Shown here: one piece after another, positions 1 through 6,771 of the stretch
Layout: each line of letters starts with the position of its first letter
How positions within the stretch are numbered: position 1 is the first letter of the stretch
Origin: a virus
Taxonomy: Duplodnaviria; Caudoviricetes
DNA: 33,137 nucleotides
Direction: 5' to 3' (one strand)
IMG/VR virus record: IMGVR_UViG_3300049009_000318
Coordinates: 1 to 33,137 of that record
Notes under the pieces: model-generated
The model's input: only the letters and a program-made list of their open reading frames with translations
Databases searched by the model: none
Told to the model about the DNA's origin: nothing
Program-made: the position numbers and the translations under genes

Positions 1-758
1 CTAATAACCTTCTGACTAGAGGCTGTTCGGTGTTTTGTACAACCCTCAGAGGTTGTTGATTTTTGCTCTCCAGGTTGTATCTCATCAGTTTGAGAAGATG
101 AGTTATCCACAGGCTGTTGGACTGCTTGTGCAACAACCTCTGGAGGTTGTAAGACAGTCCCCTTGGACTGCCTCTTTTTGGCGATCTCTGCCTTCATCTT
201 CTTGACCGTCAATGTGTCGTTGCCTGTTGGCATGGTGTACTCCTTTGGTTGTGGTTTGACTGACTTGAGTGCGCCTTGCATGAGCTTGGCGATTCGCTGT
301 TGACCGGCCCTGCTGACTGGTTCTTCCATGGCCTTTTGGTCGATCTTTTGCATGACTGGTGGCCTTGTGTCTTCAATGGTTGACGTGATGGTGATGGCAT
401 CTTGAGCACTGATTGATGGGTCGTAGATGACCCGCCAGGTGTTCATCCGCTCGCCTGGCTTGGCCTTCCAGATGACCTCCAGGTAGCCCAGCTTGGTCAA
501 CTTGACCACTTGTTTGCTGATGGCTTGCTGGCTGACCTTGAGCTGTTCGGCCAGCTTTGCCTGGCCAACCCAGGTGATGCCGGCACGGTTGCAGTAGCTG
601 CAGATCAGGATCAGGGCACGCATCATCCCCTCAGAAAGCCGCCTGTCGGTGCATGCGCGGATCGGGATGACGGCCAGCTTGCGCTGATCTGGGATCGGAT
701 CACGCTCTTTGATGCGCGGCTTCTTGGGGATGCTGAAGGGCACGATGTTGTCAATCAT
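1..758 (-). CDS. HTH replication initiator (lambda O/RepA-like), runs off window start
   Basis: Hand-translated, absent from the ORF track: ATG at 758, MIDNIVPFSIPKKPRIKERD...LILICSYCNRAGITWVGQAKLAEQLKVSQQAISKQVVKLTKLGYLEV. This is a winged-HTH typical of phage initiators. No stop before base 1. Iterons and a DnaA box lie in its 3' half. Confidence 0.75.
   Translation of the reverse strand, partial: MIDNIVPFSIPKKPRIKERDPIPDQRKLAVIPIRACTDRRLSEGMMRALILICSYCNRAGITWVGQAKLAEQLKVSQQAISKQVVKLTKLGYLEVIWKAKPGERMNTWRVIYDPSISAQDAITITSTIEDTRPPVMQKIDQKAMEEPVSRAGQQRIAKLMQGALKSVKPQPKEYTMPTGNDTLTVKKMKAEIAKKRQSKGTVLQPPEVVAQAVQQPVDNSSSQTDEIQPGEQKSTTSEGCTKHRTASSQKVI
39..150. promoter_or_regulatory. Putative replication origin: ACAACC-N6-GGTTGT palindromic iterons plus DnaA box
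   Basis: ACAACCctcagaGGTTGT at 39-56, ACAACCtctggaGGTTGT at 133-150, half-site AGGTTGT at 72-78, perfect DnaA box TTATCCACA at 103-111. AT-rich sequence adjoins across the window junction. Confidence 0.7.
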
Positions 759-984
759 GGGCAGAGCGCTCACGGTAGATGTCCTTCATGTGCTGCCTGA
801 TGCGCTCGGCACTGCCCTGGCCGTAGATCTTCTCGCTGGCCACCAGCATGCGTTCGACCATGGCCTTGTCCTTCTTGTAGTCCCAGGCTGCCAGGATGTC
901 CCTGGCCTGGCCACGCTCGGTGATCCAGCGCTCGGGCAGTGGGCCTGTGTTCTTGGGGTAGTGCGGCTTCCATGGCCGCTTCAC
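751..984 (-). CDS. Hypothetical protein (77 aa)
   Basis: Overlaps both neighbours by a few bases in a tightly packed operon. Confidence 0.7.
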   Translation of the reverse strand: MKRPWKPHYPKNTGPLPERWITERGQARDILAAWDYKKDKAMVERMLVASEKIYGQGSAERIRQHMKDIYRERSAHD

Positions 985-1172
985 TTGAGCTTGATGGCGT
1001 TGATCACGCGCTGGGCAATGGTTGGGTGCTGATCGGCCTTGATGCTCTCAGCCAGGTGCTTGCGCAGCCACACAACGCCACCCAGGCGCGTCCATTCTCT
1101 GTGCTCATGTGGTCTCAGCCGGGCGCTAACTGATCTGGTCACGCCTGTCATTTCACTCTTTGGTCTTGGCAT
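981..1172 (-). CDS. Small putative DNA-binding protein (RHH-like)
   Basis: MPRPKSEMTGVTRSVSARLRPHEHREWTRLGGVVWLRKHL: strand-helix-helix pattern; AAGGAAG RBS upstream. Confidence 0.6.
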   Translation of the reverse strand: MPRPKSEMTGVTRSVSARLRPHEHREWTRLGGVVWLRKHLAESIKADQHPTIAQRVINAIKLK

Positions 1173-1389
1173 AGTCTTCCTTCAAAATCTCTTTGTTGAG
1201 CTCCAGGGCAATGCGGCGCACCCCTTTGAGCAGCTCATGCAGGTTGTCAACGGTCTCCATCTCCCGCTCAAGCGCGTCCTTGAGTAGTGCGATCTGGTGG
1301 TGCAGGTTGCGCAGCTCACCGTTGGCCTCTTGGGTGTCGCGGATGATCCCGTCGTCATCCCGGAATAGCTTGACGTAGCTCACATGCAT
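1153..1389 (-). CDS. Hypothetical coiled-coil protein (~78 aa)
   Basis: Start re-called at MHVSYVKLFRDDDG, which overlaps the upstream stop. Heptad-rich C-terminus. Confidence 0.6.
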   Translation of the reverse strand: MHVSYVKLFRDDDGIIRDTQEANGELRNLHHQIALLKDALEREMETVDNLHELLKGVRRIALELNKEILKEDYAKTKE

Positions 1390-1829
1390 CGCTTGCTCCA
1401 TTTCCAGTGGTTCCAGGTGGTCACGTCGCAGTCGAGCTCCCACAGATGCACCCCGGTGATCTTCTGCTGGTGACGGCGCAGCTTGCGCATGCCCTTGAGG
1501 TAGATCTGCCTGGCTCGCTCTTGTGTGCAGCCGAGCTCATGGCCAGCCTCTTTGAGCGTCAGCTCGTCATGCACGATCAGCTTGATGGCCAGCATCTCGC
1601 GGTCTGTCAGCGGTATTTCAGCCAGAATCTTGAACAACAGATCTTTGGCCTCAACCAGATCCATGTCGTCCTGAAGCTGCCATGACCACTTGTGCCGGGG
1701 CAGCTCGGGCAGCTCTTCATCCCGGCTGTACCAAATCTTTTTGACCTCGCTGGGCAGGGTCTCGGTCATGAGCTGGCCGTAGTAGGGCGAGCCACGACCG
1801 TTGCGGTTTACTGTGTTTTTGCCAGTCAT
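1380..1829 (-). CDS. Sigma-70 region 4 domain protein
   Basis: LTDREMLAIKLIVHDELTLKEAGHELGCTQERARQIYLKGMRKLR matches the sigma70 region 4 HTH (LT.RE...TL.E.G....T.ER.RQI...A.RKLR). No region 2 evident. Confidence 0.85.
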   Translation of the reverse strand: MTGKNTVNRNGRGSPYYGQLMTETLPSEVKKIWYSRDEELPELPRHKWSWQLQDDMDLVEAKDLLFKILAEIPLTDREMLAIKLIVHDELTLKEAGHELGCTQERARQIYLKGMRKLRRHQQKITGVHLWELDCDVTTWNHWKWSKRCM

Positions 1830-1927
1830 CGTTTGTGCTCCCAGGCCTTTACAAAGGCGTAGAGCACGGCCAGGCAGATCACGGCACCCAGCACCAGCAC
1901 GCCAAAGATCACAAGCAGGTCAATCAC
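1826..1927 (-). CDS. Small membrane peptide (33 aa)
   Basis: Hand-translated GTG start, (M)IDLLVIFGVLVLGAVICLAVLYAFVKAWEHKR. GTGA and ATGA overlaps at both ends; one TM helix. Confidence 0.6.
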   Translation of the reverse strand: MIDLLVIFGVLVLGAVICLAVLYAFVKAWEHKR

Positions 1928-2100
1928 ATCACCCCTCGCATTTCTTGTGGCATGACACCCCGCATTTCCCAGCCTGCCAAAAAGTAATTCCAGCGCTGCT
2001 GCATGGCCGGGTTGGCGTACTTGTCGCCTGTCATGGCCAGGTCTGCATCGGTGTAGCCTTTGCTCGCCATTAAGGCGTGAAACACTTTGCGTGCTTTCAT
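1924..2100 (-). CDS. Hypothetical protein (58 aa)
   Basis: Hand-translated MKARKVFHALMASKGYTDADLAMTGDKYANPAMQQRWNYFLAGWEMRGVMPQEMRGVM; coupled by 4-nt overlaps. Confidence 0.65.
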   Translation of the reverse strand: MKARKVFHALMASKGYTDADLAMTGDKYANPAMQQRWNYFLAGWEMRGVMPQEMRGVM

Positions 2101-2225
2101 GTGTCCCCCTTTATGCCGTGTGCGGCTTCACATTTATGTGTGACAATTTTTTCAGCGGATTTTTCGATACTTGAACCAAGTAATATTAGTCCGCACATTA
2201 CAAACCAACCTGCAATTGCATTCAT
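2097..2225 (-). CDS. Hypothetical protein (42 aa), hydrophobic N-terminus
   Basis: Hand-translated MNAIAGWFVMCGLILLGSSIEKSAEKIVTHKCEAAHGIKGDT. ATGA overlaps at both ends; AAGGAG RBS. Confidence 0.6.
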   Translation of the reverse strand: MNAIAGWFVMCGLILLGSSIEKSAEKIVTHKCEAAHGIKGDT

Positions 2226-2458
2226 GTGTTGCGCTCCTTTAACTTGGCTTCGGTTAAATCAAAAATACTGCCCTCTGATCTCAAAATCGTATCTCGCTCA
2301 TCTTCCGTTAGCCCTACCCACTCACGTTTTGGTTTAATAAGTTCTTCCTTTGCAAAAGTCATGGCTTGCCCCAGCTTCTTGACAAGTACATCTTCGATCA
2401 ATGGCACTATGATCTCTTGCAGATATTCACGCAACGCATCTTCTTGTTTTGGTGTCAT
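2222..2458 (-). CDS. Hypothetical protein with WVGLT...KERNT C-terminal module
   Basis: ORF track; ATGA-coupled; C-terminal module shared with the next ORF. Confidence 0.7.
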   Translation of the reverse strand: MTPKQEDALREYLQEIIVPLIEDVLVKKLGQAMTFAKEELIKPKREWVGLTEDERDTILRSEGSIFDLTEAKLKERNT

Positions 2459-2472
2459 GTGTTGCGCTCCTT
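2222..2472 (-). repeat. Identical 18-bp gene-junction repeat AAGGAGCGCAACACATGA (2222-2239 and 2455-2472)
   Basis: Plus strand tcatgtgttgcgctcctt occurs twice. Degenerate copies at 2724 (tcatgtgttctcctt) and 2097 (tcatgtgtcccccttt). Confidence 0.85.
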
Positions 2473-2727
2473 GACCTTGCGCTCAACTGCCGCACCGTAA
2501 AACACCCAATCAGCACTCATGCAACCGCACTCAACAGCAATGTCGGTATGTTCTTGCTCAGTCAGCCCAACCCATGTGCGCTGTGCAAACATAACATCAA
2601 CCTTTGGTGTTTGGTCGCGCTCGCAGTACAGATCAATCGTGTGGTCTTTGTCGATGGCGACACTCGCCACCACCATGTCATCACCCCATTGTGTTTTGAC
2701 AGGGGCTTGTTGCCATTTGAGTTTCAT
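2455..2727 (-). CDS. Hypothetical protein with WVGLT...KERNT C-terminal module
   Basis: ORF track; AAGGAG RBS; ATGA-coupled. Confidence 0.7.
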   Translation of the reverse strand: MKLKWQQAPVKTQWGDDMVVASVAIDKDHTIDLYCERDQTPKVDVMFAQRTWVGLTEQEHTDIAVECGCMSADWVFYGAAVERKVKERNT

Positions 2728-2753
2728 GTGTTCTCCTTATGTTGTGGTGTCAT
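2724..2753 (-). CDS. 9-codon mini-ORF MTPQHKENT
   Basis: ATG ACA CCA CAA CAT AAG GAG AAC ACA TGA. It exactly bridges the upstream stop and the downstream start through two ATGA overlaps. Confidence 0.5.
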   Translation of the reverse strand: MTPQHKENT

Positions 2754-2968
2754 GCTTGTCCCCTTTTATCTATGGCCTCAATCAAATCCCCTTGAAACCA
2801 ATTGCTGAATGGTGTTTCTCTGATGATTTGTTTGAACTCCTCACGCTCTGCGGCGGCCACCAGCTTGGCAAAGGCTTCCAAGTGATGCACAAACCTTGCT
2901 CTGTCTTTGCCAAGACCATATAACTCCATGCCAGAGTCACGGGCCATCTCAATGATTTCTTGTGTCAC
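2750..2968 (-). CDS. Hypothetical protein (TQEIIEMAR...LEAFAKLVAAAERE type)
   Basis: Start re-called at GTG 2968 (GTGA overlap). The motif style is one I recognise from small ORFs of uncultured freshwater phages. Confidence 0.65.
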   Translation of the reverse strand: MTQEIIEMARDSGMELYGLGKDRARFVHHLEAFAKLVAAAEREEFKQIIRETPFSNWFQGDLIEAIDKRGQA

Positions 2969-3114
2969 AGCTTCACCCCTTCGTACCACCCATCAACATA
3001 GGCCTCATGGAATCCCCAAGCGAAAAGCCAAGTCCAACTGAGCTTTTCATCGCGTGGGTACGTTACTTTTGCCATCAGCAGGCACAACTCTTTACTTGGT
3101 GGTGGTGCTTTCAT
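2965..3114 (-). CDS. Hypothetical Trp-rich protein (49 aa)
   Basis: Hand-translated MKAPPPSKELCLLMAKVTYPRDEKLSWTWLFAWGFHEAYVDGWYEGVKL; 4-nt overlaps at both ends. Confidence 0.6.
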   Translation of the reverse strand: MKAPPPSKELCLLMAKVTYPRDEKLSWTWLFAWGFHEAYVDGWYEGVKL

Positions 3115-3575
3115 TTGTCGGCCTCCAGTGCCCAGTGCAGCAGCGCCAGCGCGTCTGCTTCGTTGTCGTCAGTTACCGGGTGGCCAAGTAGTTGCATGGA
3201 TGCAACCATGGCCTGCTTGTCGGCGTTTCCCCGGCCAGTCGCGTGCTTCTTGATCGTGCCCACCGGCACGCCTTGGTAGGGAATGTTGTTTTGCTCGCAC
3301 CAGGCAGTCAGCGTGGCCAGCAGGCCACCGTAGACGTGAGCGCTGTCGGTGCTGGCGTGGCGGCGCACCTCTTCAAAGTAGATGGCGCTGATCTCTGGGC
3401 CAACGCTGCCGTAGATCTCGGCCAGCCACTTCTTGAAGCGCAGGTAGCGCATGCCGCCACCCTCATACCGGCCAGGCTTGAAGCTCGACCAGCCATGCAC
3501 GATGGTGCCGTCAGCAGCCTGGCAGGCCCAGCCTGTGGTGGTGCCCAAGTCCAGGGCCAGGACAACCGCCGTCAT
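3111..3575 (-). CDS. ruvC: RuvC-like Holliday junction resolvase
   Basis: VLALDLGTTTGWA, IYFEEV, PVGTIKKHATGRGNADK and DDNEADALALL are RuvC-family catalytic motifs. Confidence 0.88.
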   Translation of the reverse strand: MTAVVLALDLGTTTGWACQAADGTIVHGWSSFKPGRYEGGGMRYLRFKKWLAEIYGSVGPEISAIYFEEVRRHASTDSAHVYGGLLATLTAWCEQNNIPYQGVPVGTIKKHATGRGNADKQAMVASMQLLGHPVTDDNEADALALLHWALEADK

Positions 3576-3748
3576 AGCTGGCCAGCCTCGCGCAGCGCCT
3601 GCACAAATGCCTCGACATCAGGGCAGGGCAGGTCGCGCCAGCAGGCAGCGTCCCCGGTCATAAAGAGCGCCTCGGTGATCACGTCATCGGGCAGGCGATG
3701 GCCTTCCTTGGCCTTGTCCAAGATCTGGGTGGCTTCCTGGTGTGTCAT
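3572..3748 (-). CDS. Hypothetical protein (58 aa)
   Basis: Start re-called at MTHQEATQILDKAKEG (ATGA overlap). Confidence 0.6.
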   Translation of the reverse strand: MTHQEATQILDKAKEGHRLPDDVITEALFMTGDAACWRDLPCPDVEAFVQALREAGQL

Positions 3749-3942
3749 GGCTGGCGCACCCCCGACAGAAAGCGCTGCAGCCGGGGCTGGAGCTCGCCGT
3801 AGCGGGGCTGCAGTTGGTCGCGCACGCACTGGTCAATGAGGGATGAGATGCTGCGCCGCTGGTCGGCAGCCGCAGTGTCCAGCAGCGCCCTGGTGGCAGG
3901 GTGCAGCCGCATCAGGAAGGGTTTGAGTTTGGGTGTGTCCAT
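3745..3942 (-). CDS. Ribbon-helix-helix (Arc/CopG-like) transcription regulator
   Basis: KPFLMRLHPATRALLDTAAADQRRSISSLIDQCV fits the RHH pattern. First gene of the leftward operon, probably leaderless. Confidence 0.8.
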   Translation of the reverse strand: MDTPKLKPFLMRLHPATRALLDTAAADQRRSISSLIDQCVRDQLQPRYGELQPRLQRFLSGVRQP

Positions 3943-4116
3943 CATCCAAGTGTATATCACCTAGATATTGCACAGGCCACCCAAGTCACTGATTTAGCGC
4001 TGCATTAGGGTAAATCCCTAGAAAATATCAGCTTTTGGGGGTTGTACAGCGATATACAAACCGTGCTACAGTACACCCATGTTCAACGCACAGATGACGT
4101 GCAAGGAGTTGCAAAC
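3943..4116. promoter_or_regulatory. Divergent promoter/operator region
   Basis: Leftward -10 TACACT (3949-3954). Rightward extended -10 TGcTACAGT (4064-4072). Operator TGTATATCACCTAGATAT (3951-3968), half-site GATATACA (4051-4058), palindrome TAGGG-taaat-CCCTA (4006-4020). Confidence 0.65.
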
Positions 4117-4377
4117 ATGACCAAGATCGAAGCCATCAACAAAGCACAAGCCGCTCGCCATGCAGCCAAGTTGGCGCTAGCCCGCCATGCCCTGTACGCC
4201 ACCACCTTTGGCGGCAATGACCCGCTCACGCAAGCAGCCATGCTGGAGCACGATGTAGCGCTTGAGGCGCACAACAAGTGGATGGATGTTGCCTTCCTTC
4301 ACCCCAGCACCCGCGCCAGCCTGATCCGCAAGCAGTCCCTGCCTGCCTTCATGTTCGGCTACAAGCTGGAGGCCTGA
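4117..4377 (+). CDS. Hypothetical early protein (86 aa)
   Basis: AAGGAG RBS before ATG 4117 (MTKIEAINKAQAAR). Confidence 0.7.
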   Translation: MTKIEAINKAQAARHAAKLALARHALYATTFGGNDPLTQAAMLEHDVALEAHNKWMDVAFLHPSTRASLIRKQSLPAFMFGYKLEA

Positions 4378-4379
4378 TC

Positions 4380-5063
4380 ATGACACCCCACACCGGCAAA
4401 TTCGTCGCCTACTACCGCGTTTCCACCGACCGCCAAGGCCAGTCAGGCCTCGGCCTTGATGCCCAGCGTGCAGCAGTGGCCAAGCACATTGGCACCGCCG
4501 AGCTGGTGGCCGAGTTCACCGAGGTCGAGTCCGGCCGCAAGAATGACCGCGAGCAACTAGCTCACGCATTGAGCCTGGCAAAGCGTACAAAGGCAGTCCT
4601 TGTGATTGCAAAACTCGACCGCCTTGCCCGTAACGTGCATTTCATCTCTGGCCTGCTTGAGTCTGGCGTGCCCTTCGTCTGCGCCGACATGCCCGAGGCC
4701 GACCGCACCTTCCTTCAGATGATGGCCGTGTTTGCTGAGTGGGAAGCACGCAAGATCAGCGAGCGCACTAAAGCAGCGCTGGCCCAGGTCAAAGCACAGG
4801 GCCGCACCCTGGGTTGCCCGACACCAGAGATCGGCTCGGCCATTGGCGTGCAGGCCGTGATGGCCAAGGCCGACAAGTACGCCGACCGCGTTGGCCCTAT
4901 CGTGCGCGACATCATCGCCCGGTCTGGTGCCAGTACCCTGAGAGACATTGCTGCAGCCCTTGAGGCTCGCGGCGTGGCCACACCCCGTGGCAATGTGACC
5001 TGGGGGCCAACTCAGGCCTCCAACCTTTTGAAACGCCTCAACCTGGAGCTCAATCATGCATGA
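4380..5063 (+). CDS. Serine recombinase (resolvase/PinR family, 227 aa)
   Basis: AYYRVSTDRQ catalytic Ser motif, ESGRKNDR, LVIAKLDRLARN and AEWEARKISERTK. C-terminal SLRDIAAAL..RG..TPRG..W-type DNA-binding segment. Confidence 0.93.
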   Translation: MTPHTGKFVAYYRVSTDRQGQSGLGLDAQRAAVAKHIGTAELVAEFTEVESGRKNDREQLAHALSLAKRTKAVLVIAKLDRLARNVHFISGLLESGVPFVCADMPEADRTFLQMMAVFAEWEARKISERTKAALAQVKAQGRTLGCPTPEIGSAIGVQAVMAKADKYADRVGPIVRDIIARSGASTLRDIAAALEARGVATPRGNVTWGPTQASNLLKRLNLELNHA

Positions 5064-5139
5064 AACCTTGACCGAAAAAATCACCGTGGCCACATTGTTT
5101 GTGGCTTGCGTTGGCCTCTTGATCTGGATGCCAATATGA
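5056..5139 (+). CDS. Small membrane peptide (27 aa)
   Basis: Hand-translated MHETLTEKITVATLFVACVGLLIWMPI; GGAG upstream; ATGA overlap with the next gene. Confidence 0.5.
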   Translation: MHETLTEKITVATLFVACVGLLIWMPI

Positions 5140-5330
5140 GTGCAAAGATCACCACCCCACCGAAGACCCTGCTGGAGGGCGCTGAGTACACAAGCGCCGC
5201 AGCCACTGACATTGAGCGCACCTGGCGCAAACACGGCTGGCTGCCCAAAGAAGAGCGCGAGGCCGAGCTCAAGGCCCAGCAGACGGTCAAACGCATGAAG
5301 ACCAAGGAGCGCAACGATGCTGGCTCCTAA
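5136..5330 (+). CDS. Hypothetical protein (64 aa)
   Basis: Start re-called at ATG 5136; contains YTSAAATDIERTWRKHGW. Confidence 0.65.
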   Translation: MSAKITTPPKTLLEGAEYTSAAATDIERTWRKHGWLPKEEREAELKAQQTVKRMKTKERNDAGS

Positions 5331-5625
5331 CCTTGCCGCTGGCCGCGACATGCGCGAGCGCCAGCTCGACATCTTTGAGCAGCGAGATCACCAGTTCCTG
5401 GAGCGCTGCCGGGCACTAGCCGTGTTGATCTGCAAGCAACAGGGGCAGGTCTCAATCAACGACATCAGGCAGTTCATCGAGGTGCCGCCGGGTGTCCACC
5501 CATCTGTCCTGGGCGCGGTCTTCCGCACCAAGCAGTTCAAGCGGGTTGGCTTCATCGAGGCCGCCCACCCAGAAGCTCACGCCCGAGTGGTGCGTGTGTA
5601 TTCCCTCGCCACCAACAAGGAGTGA
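5317..5625 (+). CDS. Hypothetical protein (102 aa), possible winged helix
   Basis: AAGGAG RBS; VSINDIRQFI..P....PSVLGAVF pattern. Confidence 0.7.
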   Translation: MLAPNLAAGRDMRERQLDIFEQRDHQFLERCRALAVLICKQQGQVSINDIRQFIEVPPGVHPSVLGAVFRTKQFKRVGFIEAAHPEAHARVVRVYSLATNKE

Positions 5626-5629
5626 AAAA

Positions 5630-6589
5630 ATGGCCGGAAAATTAACCGACGACAAAGAGATGAGCGCCAGCCGACTGCCTGGCCTGATGGGGTTCAGCAA
5701 GTACAGCAGCCCTAATGATGAGCTGCAGTTTTCGATCAACGCCATCGACGGCAAGGAGCGCCCTGACATTGGCAACGAAGCCATGGGCTGGGGCAACACC
5801 TTGGAGCCGGTGATCCTGACCGAGGCTGCCAAGCGGCTTGGCATCGAGCAGTTCGACACCCAGATCGGGCAGGCCTACACGCACCGCAGCTTCGCGCTGT
5901 CGTGCAGCCTGGATGGGGTTGGGTATGGCATTGGCCAGGAGATCTTCACCGACCCGGACAAGGGTCTGTATGTGGTTGGCCAGGACTCCATTGTGCTTGC
6001 TGGCCCCGGTGTGCTGGAGGCCAAGCTCACCAAGGCCATGCCCGAAGAGACCCCGCACCTGGCCCGTGGCCCCATCCAACTGCAGGGCCAGATGCTGGTC
6101 ACCGGCCACAGGTGGGGCGCGGTTTGCGTGCTCTACCAGGGTATCGAGCTGCGGGTGTTTCTGTTCGCACCCCACCATGACACCCAGAAGGAGATCGTCA
6201 AGGCGGTGCTGACCTTTGAGCACAAGCTGCAGACCTACCGGGAGAGCGGGGCCATCGACTGGTATCCACCTGCGAGCAGCAAGGAGCTGGATCGGATCTA
6301 CCCCATGGTGGCCACCAAGGAAGAGGTCGAGCTCGATGTCAGCGTGGCCGACCTGGCCGCCGGCATTGTGGCCAACAAGGCCGCGATCAGGGCAGCCGAG
6401 GCCAGCATCGAGAGCGCGGAGAAGCTGATCAAGACGCAGTTGGGCCAGGCCGAGCGGGGCAGGGCAGGGCAGTACCTCATCAACTGGCCCATGCGCAACC
6501 ACAAAGCCCAAGCGGAGCGTTTGATCCCTGCCAAGGAACCCTACTCTGTGCGCCAGAGCACGCTGTCGATCAAGGAGCTGCAGCCATGA
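5630..6589 (+). CDS. YqaJ/lambda-exonuclease family 5'-3' exonuclease
   Basis: SASRLPGLMG.SKY, WGNTLEP, CSLDG, LEAK and QLQGQM motifs. AAGGAG RBS before ATG 5630. Confidence 0.88.
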   Translation: MAGKLTDDKEMSASRLPGLMGFSKYSSPNDELQFSINAIDGKERPDIGNEAMGWGNTLEPVILTEAAKRLGIEQFDTQIGQAYTHRSFALSCSLDGVGYGIGQEIFTDPDKGLYVVGQDSIVLAGPGVLEAKLTKAMPEETPHLARGPIQLQGQMLVTGHRWGAVCVLYQGIELRVFLFAPHHDTQKEIVKAVLTFEHKLQTYRESGAIDWYPPASSKELDRIYPMVATKEEVELDVSVADLAAGIVANKAAIRAAEASIESAEKLIKTQLGQAERGRAGQYLINWPMRNHKAQAERLIPAKEPYSVRQSTLSIKELQP

Positions 6590-6771
6590 ACCTTCCCGAC
6601 AAGCCTGCCATCAGGCATGCCTATGAGCAGGCCGTTGTGGCCCTGCTAAACGCAACAAACGCAACCGAGGAAGATGCCGAGGTCTTCGTCGACGCGATGG
6701 CCGACCTCATCTTCACCACCATGCAAACCTACCTATCCGAGAAAGACATCAATGCAATTGACCACCACTAA
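6586..6771 (+). CDS. Hypothetical protein (61 aa)
   Basis: AAGGAG RBS; ATGA overlap. Confidence 0.65.
   Translation: MNLPDKPAIRHAYEQAVVALLNATNATEEDAEVFVDAMADLIFTTMQTYLSEKDINAIDHH

Noticed and set aside
2097-2753. Junction repeats as a CRISPR array or integron attC sites
   Set aside because: Spacing is irregular and gene-sized, the repeats are coding and non-palindromic, and there is no cas or intI gene.
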